From the NCBI GenBank assembly GCA_965222155.1, contig CBDCTH010000012.1, forward strand, positions 3,445,456-3,509,455: DNA of 64,000 bases, written 5' to 3'. A model generated the notes under the pieces. It saw nothing but the letters and a program-made list of their open reading frames with translations. It ran no database searches and was not told where the DNA came from. A program made the position numbers and the translations under genes. Numbering within the stretch: position 1 is the first letter of the stretch; each line of letters opens with the position of its first letter. This document shows, piece by piece, positions 53,554 through 62,695 of the stretch. This stretch comes from Gammaproteobacteria bacterium (GTDB taxonomy: Bacteria; Pseudomonadota; Gammaproteobacteria; Eutrophobiales; Eutrophobiaceae).

Positions 53554-53746
53554 AAGTTGTATGCGGTTCAGGCGCGCCGGTTGGGATGAAAGAATCTGAG
53601 TGGGAAGATCCCTTTGTAAAAGGTGGTCCTCAGGACCTGCTTGATCAGCTTATTTCGTCTGGTTTTCCATGGGGAATGTTGGGCAAAGAAAAACGGTTGG
53701 TTTTTTATGAACCCGCTGAAGCGTCTTGCTGGTGCAATTAAATTAA

Positions 53747-54895
53747 GGAAGCTCTGATTAAGCCCCATTTTTAAAAATATTGTCTTGTTTCAGGCAAAAC
53801 CGGCGTATAACAGACCTGACAACTACGCTTTTGCATCGCTGTGAAGCGATGTTCTCATTCCCGTCCAACCTGCAGACAGATTAATCCTCATGTTACGGCC
53901 AATTCCCGCCTGACCAGGTAAAAATTGGCCAGGGCAAACAGGGTAAAGACCTGTGCCGCATTCTTCTCCAAGCCCCGATAACGGACCTTCCGATAGCCCC
54001 ATAAATGCTTGATAACACCAAAGGCATGTTCCACCCGGGAGTGGGTGCGATTGCTCTTCCGGTTAAACGACTTGTCCGCACAACTGAGCCGCTTGCCCCG
54101 TCTCGCCTTGCGACTCACCCGCCAATCAACGCCCCGGGCCAGCGCCGCCTGCCGGCGCACCTCGTCGGCATACGCCTTGTCCCCGTAGATGACGGCCTCC
54201 TCACCATGCAGACAGTCCGCCATCACCGTGGAAGCATGCACCGCGGCATGCGTCACCGCCACACTATGCACCCGTCCCTGTGTGTCAGTGCCGATGTGCG
54301 CCTTCATGCCAAAATACCAGGCATTCCCCTTCTTCGTCTGTTTCATCTCAGGGTCCCGCTGCCGGTCCCGATTCTTCGTCGAACTCGGCGCACTGATAAT
54401 GCTGGCATCCACTATCGTCCCCGCACTCAACAGCAATCCCCGCTCAGACAAATAGCGCCGGGTCAGCCGAAACAACTGCTCCGTTAAACGGTGACGTTCC
54501 AGAAAGTGCCGGAACTTCAAAATCGTGCTTTCAGCCGGCACCGACTCCAACTCCACCCCCGCAAACCGACGCATCGACTCCACGTCGTACAAACTGTCCT
54601 CCATCCCCGGGTCACTTAACCCATACCACTGTTGCAGAAAGTAAATCCGTAACATCACCGCCGCCGGAATGGGTTGCCGGCCCTGACCGGCTTTCGGATA
54701 CTTCTTCAAGATCGGCTTCAGAAGCTCCTGCCAAGGCAATATCGCATCCATCTCCCCAAGAAACCGCTCTTTGCGTGTCGTTTTCTTCTTATGCTCATAG
54801 GCCAAGTCCGAAAAACTCGATTGTTTCATACGTGTTCCCCTGATGGTTTACTTTTGCCTATGATCTCATATTATGAAGACTTGATCAGAGTTTCC
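53747..54895 (-). mobile_element. IS5-family element; transposase 53888..54829
   Basis: TIR GGAAGCTCTGATTAAG / GGAAACTCTGATCAAG, TTAA duplication; MLRIYFLQQWY, IVDASII, YFGMKAH, GDKAY. Confidence 0.93.
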
Positions 54896-55116
54896 TTAAA
54901 CGTTATACCTATAATCCTTTAGATAATACCGAAACAGAATATCCTGGTTTGAGGTCTAGTATCTGTCAGTCATCTGCTTGATTGGCAAGCTCCACAATGT
55001 GCAATGTGACCGATTCTGGAAGCCAGTGTGTGTGGCCGTATTGACTAGCAGCCCAGTCAGCGGGTGGCCTTGTTTCACAATTAATGGTGCATGGTATGAA
55101 AGGACGCCGATGGGAG

Positions 55117-55551
55117 TCAATGGTCGTTTGTCTGATCATCCTTCTTATCCTTTTTGTTCGTTATCAGCTGTTCCAATTCAGACTCGATGGTTGTTACGAT
55201 TTTCTCAGCCATATCATAGATTTTGCCGGCTTCAGCAGCATCAATAAGCTTGCCGCTATAGTCTGCCACAAGTCTTGCATTCTCTGTTTTAGATAAATAA
55301 TCCGATATATCTAAATCTACCATGCCGGCATTGACAATATGCCGGTGAAACTGGATATTCACCCCCTTGTGTGTTTTCGGAACAGCAAGCCCCCGCGCGA
55401 TCAAAGCGCTGCAAACCGCATTATAGGCAGCATAATACGCACTTGTGCATGTATCGCGATAAAAACCGTTGTCCAGCGCAGAGCGTGATGCACCGAGACG
55501 CTCATAGGCAAGCGCCATATATTGCTCAGGCGTTAATTGCTGTTCGTCCAC
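55117..55551 (-). CDS. HEPN-domain protein
   Basis: AYYAAYNA, KTHKGV, RLVADY. Confidence 0.85.
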   Translation of the reverse strand: MDEQQLTPEQYMALAYERLGASRSALDNGFYRDTCTSAYYAAYNAVCSALIARGLAVPKTHKGVNIQFHRHIVNAGMVDLDISDYLSKTENARLVADYSGKLIDAAEAGKIYDMAEKIVTTIESELEQLITNKKDKKDDQTNDH

Positions 55552-55943
55552 GTTATATCCACCCCGTCGGCCAGCACGTTGCGGTAGAAATCAGGATTGC
55601 GTTGTTTACTCGGTTGGTGCAGTTCGTCTTCCCAGACGACAAAGGCTTCCACGTACATCGGGTTGTCCATCCCCATCATGATTCTGGACCTGACCACAGC
55701 CAATTGCATCATGAGATCAAAGAAGGTGCCATCGCCCGGGTCTGAACCGGACAACACCACCGCGATATCCACGTCGCTGTCCGTCTGATGGTCGCCGCGG
55801 GCGCGGCTGCCGTACAGCAGCACCTTAGAGATGCTAGGCAACTCAAGATCATGAAGGCGAGTCATGAATAATTTAACGGCCTGTCTCGTGTCGGGAGACA
55901 GTACATCATCAGGCCTTGCAGCATTGGTCAGTGTTGTCTCCAT
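55533..55943 (-). CDS. Minimal nucleotidyltransferase (MNT)
   Basis: LYGSRARGDHQTDSDVDIAV; overlaps the HEPN gene. Confidence 0.88.
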   Translation of the reverse strand: METTLTNAARPDDVLSPDTRQAVKLFMTRLHDLELPSISKVLLYGSRARGDHQTDSDVDIAVVLSGSDPGDGTFFDLMMQLAVVRSRIMMGMDNPMYVEAFVVWEDELHQPSKQRNPDFYRNVLADGVDITWTNSN

Positions 55944-56137
55944 TATGGGTGTATTATACCTGACCGTTCGGAATTTTTGGAAATACGGCTGCCTGCCGTC
56001 CCGTCAACTGGAAGATTCGGGATTCCTGATGATCGATGTTCTCCTACAAAATCGGCTGATAATTCCGTCAAAGTAGTTATCAGCCTGGTGCAAGCCGAAT
56101 GTCAGAACGCCGTATTGGTATAATCGATATAGATCCG

Positions 56138-56480
56138 CATCCAGGGTCAGACCAGTATAAAAAGTATAACTGTTTGATTTCAATTGATAATCCGTCTGTA
56201 CATGACCTTATCCAATCGTTAGAACACGCGTTTTATTACGAAAAAAGACATTGTAAGAAATGTCACTTGCTTAACATGATATTTTCCGCCGTGAAAACCC
56301 TGTTCTAATCCTTAAAACAGCGCGCTATTGAGAATTTTATCCTCTATAATCATAGAGTTATATTGGTCCGACCCCCTCGTATCCCCTCGTATGTACCTCT
56401 AAGGGGGGTGGCTTTGTAAAACGCTTGTTGAGTACACCTGCTCTCTAACTCAAATTTTGTTGATTTTAGTTTTATTAAAA
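56138..56480 (+). repeat. Junction element copy R8 (right end stuttered) plus 87-bp extension
   Basis: Ends CCCCCTCGTAT-CCCCTCGTATG at 56393, then the extension. Confidence 0.95.
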
Positions 56481-56651
56481 TTTTTCATTAGTGTCCCAAG
56501 AATTAATCGAATAAATTCAACTGGTTAAGTATATCATGGCGGTCTGTTTTGTAATCGGTCTGCGTAAGTAATTGATACAGAGGTACTTTTTCAAACAGGG
56601 TCAGGCTTAAAACCTGTAACATTGTGTAGAGTTCTGCAATTCAGCAATTCA

Positions 56652-56801
56652 GGGGACACAATAATTAATTATCGCCGTCACAAAAGAAAACATCCCGACG
56701 GCGGTTCTCCCGTTGCGTCATGTAGTGGGGATACTCAGGTAGAACGATCATTGCCAGCCTTGACATATTGGCAGTATTCCAGAATTAAGTATTGTGTCCC
56801 C
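56652..56801 (-). mobile_element. Internally deleted RAYT element keeping the N-terminus
   Basis: Same inverted ends as 28412..28569; minus strand MSRLAMIVLPEYPHYMTQRENRRRDVFFCDGD. Confidence 0.78.
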
Positions 56802-56851
56802 AGAACTCCTATTGTTTAACGTGGGGCCGTCAGCTATACTTGTCATACCCC

Positions 56852-57322
56852 ATGACCTCACCGGATATTTTATCACCTGATGTACTGGGTTACGACCCGC
56901 GTCCCGACCAGCACGATTGGCGCGGCACGCCCATTCCCAAGGTAAACAATCCTTTGCCCGCCACCCCCGAACTGGTGGAGATTGCGGACAAGATGTGGTG
57001 GAACGGGGACCCCTGGACCATCCTGCGCAACCGGGTTGTCTTTCTCCGCCACGCGCTGGATTATGCCTTGGAGGGGCACTGCGAGTTCCTGTGGCGGACA
57101 ATCCCGCGCGAGGACTGGGTGCATATGCTCACCACAGCAAGGCCCGGCCAGGTGTCCATGCGCTCCTGGAAGTACTGGTCCTGGCGCGCGGGCCTGCTGG
57201 ATGAGCGTCTTCGCATCCCCGAAGAATGGCACCAGCCCAGACATATCATAGACCTGATATATAACAATCAACAGACCTGGGCTGACATAAAACAGGAATT
57301 GCTTTCCAGTGAAAGTGGCTGA
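56852..57322 (+). CDS. Putative antitoxin partner of an AbiEii-like toxin
   Basis: Overlaps the downstream nucleotidyltransferase gene; Trp-rich. Confidence 0.6.
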   Translation: MTSPDILSPDVLGYDPRPDQHDWRGTPIPKVNNPLPATPELVEIADKMWWNGDPWTILRNRVVFLRHALDYALEGHCEFLWRTIPREDWVHMLTTARPGQVSMRSWKYWSWRAGLLDERLRIPEEWHQPRHIIDLIYNNQQTWADIKQELLSSESG

Positions 57323-58043
57323 TATAAATTTAGAGCCTGTTCATATGGATTTCATGGATCAGGACATGATTGATTTGTGGGAGAGGATGGTAGCCCACGA
57401 TCTGAAAACATATCGGCTCTACGGCGGCACGGCGCTCGCCATGTACTTGAATCACAGAAATTCTACGGATTTCGATTTCTTCCGGGACGGTTCGGTGACA
57501 AAAGCCGAGATTGAAAAATTCACATGGCTGAGAGGCGCACAATTCAGAGGGACCAGTGGCATGGTGGATGCCATGATGCCGGCCTCAAAAAGAAGTATCA
57601 CAATAAATTTCATTAGCACAAGATCATTTAATGGCATCCCCCCCACACAGAGTCCGATACGTGCGGCAAATGGCATATTTGTGGCGCATCCCGTTGATAT
57701 TCTGACCGGGAAGCTGTCTGCCATGTCACGACGAAAAGAAGTACGTGATTTTATTGATATTGCCAGCGCGCACGATGTTATCCCAGACATGCTGCAAGAT
57801 GCAATTGATGTCTATTTGCAGGATTCTATGACACAGGAGGCGTCACGCAGGGAACTGGCCAAAACTATCATAGCTTGCCCACAGGCTGTCGAATACGAAC
57901 TGTCTGATCAGTTATTGAAATCGCTGAGCGCATTGACAGAGTCTCTCAGCGCACCTGAAGATGGCAATGGCAGGGGGCGCAAAAACGTTCACGCTTCGTC
58001 AAAGAACGCCGATAAAACGACAAAAAGGACTGATCGTCGCTAA
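57309..58043 (+). CDS. AbiEii/AbiGii-family nucleotidyltransferase
   Basis: LYGGTALAMYLNHRNSTDFDFF, K...R...RDFIDI. Confidence 0.85.
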   Translation: MKVADINLEPVHMDFMDQDMIDLWERMVAHDLKTYRLYGGTALAMYLNHRNSTDFDFFRDGSVTKAEIEKFTWLRGAQFRGTSGMVDAMMPASKRSITINFISTRSFNGIPPTQSPIRAANGIFVAHPVDILTGKLSAMSRRKEVRDFIDIASAHDVIPDMLQDAIDVYLQDSMTQEASRRELAKTIIACPQAVEYELSDQLLKSLSALTESLSAPEDGNGRGRKNVHASSKNADKTTKRTDRR

Positions 58044-58477
58044 TGCGCTCTGCGCGCGTAAGTAAAACTAGTCAAAGACGTTCCATGTGTTCAGGTACAG
58101 TGTAAAATACCAGTCAGTTACAGAGTTTATCCCCAATGAAACGGAACGTCTTTACTGCCGCCTGTGCCGCATTCAAAACATACGTGCGTGGGTTACCCTG
58201 CCTGAACACGCGTATTTTTGATATCGATGAGTTCCTTTTCAGCCCCGAAATACAATATCGCCAAGGGGGGGTCAAGGGGGAGATGCCCCCTTGCCCGACC
58301 TTTTGAGGCACGATAAAGGTTTACCGGGCTTTGGCGGGGCGAACGGAGTGAGGCACGGCGACACAGCTGAGCTGAGGACTGGCGGTGTTTTTTCCGACTT
58401 CAACGGTGTAGAGCGCCCGGAAGGGCTGAAAATTCCTTATAAATCAAAGCGGGTTTTAGGGCAGGTTGTTGTAGTGC

Positions 58478-58775
58478 CTAGTGCTATGTCATAATTAAAA
58501 GTTATAGAACATAATGTCCTTATCTGCAATACTATCAGGCACTCACTCTGACCGACAGCGAGGTGCATGGTATGCACAAGAAATATATCGTTCGGCTCAC
58601 CGACGCAGAACGCGCGATTTGTCGCGAGACGATTCACCGACTCAAGGGGAGCAGCGAGAAAGTGCGGCGTGCGCAGATGTTGTTGAAGGCGGATGTCGAC
58701 GGGCCGGGCTGGAGCGACCGGCAGATTGCCGAGGCGTTCGGCTGTCGCACGAAGACGGTGGAGAATCTGCGTCGG
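58478..58775 (+). mobile_element. IS630-family left end and HTH 5' fragment
   Basis: MHKKYIVRLTDAER, RRAQMLLKAD, WSDRQIAEAFG, TVENLRR. Confidence 0.75.
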
Positions 58776-58832
58776 GGTGTTCGGTCAGCACGACCTTTGC
58801 CGGCCCGAATCCCGGAACGTTCTGCACCATGT
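58776..58832 (-). pseudogene. 57-bp sulfotransferase 5' fragment
   Basis: MVQNVPGFGPAKVVLTEHP; nearly identical to 16083..16118 over the shared part. Confidence 0.7.
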
Positions 58833-58833
58833 A

Positions 58834-58870
58834 AACCGGAATCAGTGTTCACCTTCACCGGAATACGCAG
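58834..58870. mobile_element. IS21-type terminal remnant
   Basis: AACCGGAATCAGTGTTCACCTTCACCGGAATACGCA. Confidence 0.65.
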
Positions 58871-59586
58871 TCCTGGCGGTAGAAGTCGCTCAGGCGCCTG
58901 TAGACGGCAGGGTAGGCGCTGTCAAGTACAGCTGGCGCATCAAAAAAATACTCGCTGGTAACAGCGAAGAACTCAGCAGGGTCCTCGGCGGCGTACTCGT
59001 CTATCACCAGCGTCTCGCCGGCATCGATACGGCGGTTCATATCCTCGAAAGCCGCGCCGAAGTCCCGGTTCCAGGCTTCGAGGTCCATACCCCGGTGCAG
59101 CGACGGGCAGCCGTTTGCCCCACCATGCAACATGTCAAGTTTGTGAGCCATCTCATGGATTATGACGTTATAACCCTCGCCCTGCCCTGAGGCTGCGATA
59201 TCTTCCCAGGAAAGGATAACCGGGCCACACAACCAGGCCTCGCCGGCTCGGGCTTCCTCCCACTCATGTTCAACGCCAGCCTCATCCATCTCGTATTCCC
59301 GCGCGACAAAGCTGCCGGGATAGACTACGATACTATGCCACGAACTGTAGGCGCCAAGACCAGGAACAAGAACAGGCAGACAGGCCTGGGCCGCGATCAC
59401 AACCAGGTCCAGCGCATCAAGGCACTGTCCGCGTACCGGTTCGATGGACTTGCCGGCGATAAAACGAGCGGAAAGTTCCCGCAACCTGGCGCGTTCGCTT
59501 GCATCCAGCGGTGCAAGCGCAGGAAGGGCGTCAAGCGCCGCTCTCCATACGGATTCATCAATTGGTTTTTGCCGATGCGGCCACAT
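58855..59586 (-). CDS. mtfA: MtfA/M90-family zinc peptidase, last codons replaced by the IS end
   Basis: NVIIHEMAHKLD, YAAEDPAEFFAVTSEYFF, FYRQD. Confidence 0.8.
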   Translation of the reverse strand: MWPHRQKPIDESVWRAALDALPALAPLDASERARLRELSARFIAGKSIEPVRGQCLDALDLVVIAAQACLPVLVPGLGAYSSWHSIVVYPGSFVAREYEMDEAGVEHEWEEARAGEAWLCGPVILSWEDIAASGQGEGYNVIIHEMAHKLDMLHGGANGCPSLHRGMDLEAWNRDFGAAFEDMNRRIDAGETLVIDEYAAEDPAEFFAVTSEYFFDAPAVLDSAYPAVYRRLSDFYRQDCVFR

Positions 59587-59659
59587 AAGCGATCACAATA
59601 CAGGTTCCCAAAAGTCAATATAGCATCGTTTCCAGCAGGTGTTCCCGCTAACTTCCCGG

Positions 59660-59800
59660 GGGCGCGGGCGTCCGCCCGCATGGCGTGCTGGACGTGCCCC
59701 ACGACTCCCGCCAACTGGTGATCAGCTACTCCCCGGTACGGGCCGAGAAAGACCGCCACGACCGGGACAAGGCCCTCAGCAAACTGCTCCGGCACACCTT
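59660..59800 (+). mobile_element. Internal fragment of an IS1634-like transposase
   Basis: RQLVISYSPVRAEKDRHDRDKALSKL. Confidence 0.45.
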
Positions 59801-59924
59801 ACGAACTCAAATAATTCCCTGCCTTCCTGCTTTGAACATAGGGCATTTGTAGTGCCTACGGGCAAACTCGTCTTCAACAAAATCAATCAGTTAGCAAAAT
59901 AAACCGTCGAAGTCGGGATGTTTA

Positions 59925-60737
59925 TCAGACATCCACCCAAGAGTGATCTGTTTCATAGCCCAGATCTATCAGCGCATGACCGGCATAATGATCGAATACT
60001 TCCCGTGCTTCCCGCGTAAAATGGTTCTTCCAGTCCCCGACGATGCCTTTACGGACAAAGCAGTGAGCATTTTCCTCGCCAGGTTTGCGGCCCGTGACGT
60101 TCTCAAATGAGAATTTTGAAATACATGAGACAAGTTTCTCATCATCGATCTTTTGCTCCGAGATATATTGAAGAATCTTTTTCATCTCGCGTCTGGGATT
60201 TTCCCTCATTGCCTCATAGCTGGTCTTCACGCATCCTGTCCGGTTCTTCCACGTTTCGATAAAACTTGTCCATGTCATATGGAGTGGGGGCCCATCAGTG
60301 AAACAATACTCGATGTATCTCGGTAAGTAGCGTTGTACGTCGCGCGGGTCTTTGATACCGAGTCGTTGCTGCTGCTCTTCTGCCCAGCCCCGCATCGTCG
60401 TTCTTCTATGAAACAGATGATAGTAATAGTGTGATACGATTACGTCTCTCCCGTCGCGCCACATAACGATAGTATCATTGGCACTGTCGACGTAGAGGTA
60501 ATGACCATGCAGTATGCACCGGCGCCGTGTCGGTAAATGATCGCGCGGATTGGGCATGTCCATATATTCGGCTACCATCTGGCTCACCCAGGTTCCGCCT
60601 GACTTGGGGTGTTCGGTCAGTACAATCTTCGGAGGACCAAAACCCGGAATATTGTGTACCATGGCGCGCTTGATCAGTATGTTCAGTCTACGCCACCAGA
60701 GAGAGTTTTTCCGGTCGCCTATCACCCTGCACCCCAA
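59925..60737 (-). CDS. Sulfotransferase (intact)
   Basis: HPKSGGTW, WRDGRDVIVS, FVRKGIVGDWKNHFT. Confidence 0.88.
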   Translation of the reverse strand: MGCRVIGDRKNSLWWRRLNILIKRAMVHNIPGFGPPKIVLTEHPKSGGTWVSQMVAEYMDMPNPRDHLPTRRRCILHGHYLYVDSANDTIVMWRDGRDVIVSHYYYHLFHRRTTMRGWAEEQQQRLGIKDPRDVQRYLPRYIEYCFTDGPPLHMTWTSFIETWKNRTGCVKTSYEAMRENPRREMKKILQYISEQKIDDEKLVSCISKFSFENVTGRKPGEENAHCFVRKGIVGDWKNHFTREAREVFDHYAGHALIDLGYETDHSWVDV

Positions 60738-61024
60738 ACTTTGATGCGTTTAAGAATTTTACTGTCTCCTACTATATAAATATTTACAATCGATACGACG
60801 CAGCCAATGCGATTACGTTCTTCTCTCTATGGCCACACTGCATCGCTACAACTCTTTTATTGTTGATGGCGCAGATTTTACCGCATAAAACATACCTGAT
60901 AAATCGCTGATATATGATTATTTTCAACACAGCATTGCACTTTATTCATTCTTCCTTACGCCATATGAAAAGCCGTTGTCAGCGGCTGATATAATCCGGC
61001 TTTAACAGCAACCCCGGAAGAACA

Positions 61025-61939
61025 TTGAAACAAAATAAAATGGCTGATTTTCTCGTTGTCGGCGCCGCTCAGTCAGGGACAACGACATTGTTCGAGATTC
61101 TCCGTGAGCATCCCCGAATTTTTATGCCTCAGCGCAAGGAATCTCGATATTTTTCTTGTATGCCGAGAGATATTGCGGGGCCAAGGACAGTATCACCGAT
61201 TGATAATCCTCAAACTTTAGATGAATATAAAAAACTATTTATAAATGCAAAACCCGACCAACTCAGTGGGGATATATCACCTGATTACCTGTATCATTGC
61301 CAAGTTTCAGTTCCTAAAATTCTTAACGAAATCAATGCGCAGATACCGATTATTATTATTTTGCGAAATCCCGTTGAAAGGGCTTATTCGAACTACCTCC
61401 ACCATGTGCGCGACGGTTGGGAGAATTTGAGTTTTGAGGATGCTCTGGATGCGGAGGAGCAACGTCGTACAGCAAATTGGGCTTGGGGGTGGAATTACGT
61501 CGGCGTCGGATTATACGCCGAACAGGTCAAAGCCTATCTGGACAATTTTGAACGAGTGTTGTTGCTTCTGTTTGAAGAAGACATCGTAACGGGCCTGGCA
61601 ACGGACAAGGTGTTGGATTTTCTGAACATCGGACCCTTCCAGGCAGGCCCCGGTAAAGTTCATGCAAACATTTCCGGATATCCGCAAAATCGCCTCTTGC
61701 ACTGGATTATGACGGACAAACTGGTTGTCAGAAAAGTCAAGAATGCGGTCAAGACAACGCCTTTGTATGCCTGCTCAAAGCAGATATACCGGAAAGTGAT
61801 GGAGGCGAACCTAAGAAAGAGGAAATGGCCCCGCACACCAGGCAGATGCTCAAAGAGAAGTTTCAGGATGATGTTGCCCTGCTGGCCGAGTACACCGGAC
61901 TTCCGGTGCAGAAGTTCTGGCGGATTTTCAATGAGATAA
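61025..61939 (+). CDS. Sulfotransferase, probable frameshift near the 3' end
   Basis: DFLVVGAAQSGTT, LRNPVERAYS; the expected tail MAPHTRQMLKEKFQDDVALL is in another frame. Confidence 0.8.
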   Translation: MKQNKMADFLVVGAAQSGTTTLFEILREHPRIFMPQRKESRYFSCMPRDIAGPRTVSPIDNPQTLDEYKKLFINAKPDQLSGDISPDYLYHCQVSVPKILNEINAQIPIIIILRNPVERAYSNYLHHVRDGWENLSFEDALDAEEQRRTANWAWGWNYVGVGLYAEQVKAYLDNFERVLLLLFEEDIVTGLATDKVLDFLNIGPFQAGPGKVHANISGYPQNRLLHWIMTDKLVVRKVKNAVKTTPLYACSKQIYRKVMEANLRKRKWPRTPGRCSKRSFRMMLPCWPSTPDFRCRSSGGFSMR

Positions 61940-61964
61940 GTCTTGTAACCGAAGTCGCCCAGGG

Positions 61965-62351
61965 TTACCAAAGTCGGCGAACGCCGTATCGGTCGAACGG
62001 CGTTTCAATCGAGATTAAGACAAGGTTGCGTGCAAGCGCCTGTGATATGAGCATTCTATCGAACGGGTCGCGTAGAGGGCCAGGCAGTTCGCCGGCGCGT
62101 CCGGCGTCATCCACGCTAACCGCCAGTTCCTCAAAACCCTGACTGGCAATGGTGCCTGCAATGTCTTGGGCGACCATTTCAGCGCCTTGAAGTTTACCGA
62201 GGCGATGCTTGGTTGCTATCTCCCAGGCAGAGGCTGCGCTCACCAGTACGTCGTTTGCTTCATCCGCAATCGCCTGGCGGGCTGATTGCGACAGCTTTTC
62301 GCTTCCGGCAAGCCACCACAGGAATGCGTGGGTGTCGAGCAAAAGTTGCAA
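61965..62351 (-). CDS. vapC: PIN-domain VapC toxin
   Basis: LLLDTHAFLWW, VSAASAWEI, RDPFDRMLISQA. Confidence 0.9.
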   Translation of the reverse strand: MQLLLDTHAFLWWLAGSEKLSQSARQAIADEANDVLVSAASAWEIATKHRLGKLQGAEMVAQDIAGTIASQGFEELAVSVDDAGRAGELPGPLRDPFDRMLISQALARNLVLISIETPFDRYGVRRLW

Positions 62352-62354
62352 TGC

Positions 62355-62584
62355 TCACGTATTCCAGGCAGTCAGTTCCGCTTCCGGAAGCGGATCAAAA
62401 AAGTTGTCGTCAATCGAGACCTGCCCTGCGAGGGAACCGAATTCACGCTTGCCGCGGCTATTGCAACTCACGAGCCGAGCTACCGGTTTGCCGTTACGGG
62501 CTATGACGACCTCCTGGCCGTCCTCGACTTGCGCGAGCAACGCGACAATTGGGTCTTTGCTTCATGTACATTCACTAAAGGCAT
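62355..62584 (-). pseudogene. Phd/YefM (VapB-type) antitoxin with a 1-bp frameshift
   Basis: MPLVNVHEAKTQLSR in one frame; LAQVEDGQEVVIARNGKPVARL in the next. Confidence 0.75.
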
Positions 62585-62695
62585 CGCCGGTTCCTTGATA
62601 TAACAGTTAGCTAATTATATGACTAAGAGCTATAATGTGTCAAGCGGCCTGAGAGAATTCACTCCGTTTGTCAGAACTCTTGGGAAAGACTTGTT

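Noticed and set aside
14400-56308. Family of short ORFs ending HPGSDQ...KRHCKKCHLLNMIFSAVKTLF
   Set aside because: They come from an open frame in the 245-bp repeat fused to unrelated upstream sequence. There is no common start or RBS, and R9 has an extra A that breaks the frame. A real peptide tag cannot be fully excluded.
58260-58475. Possible IS terminal remnant with GC-rich hairpin
   Set aside because: No partner end or transposase sequence recognised.
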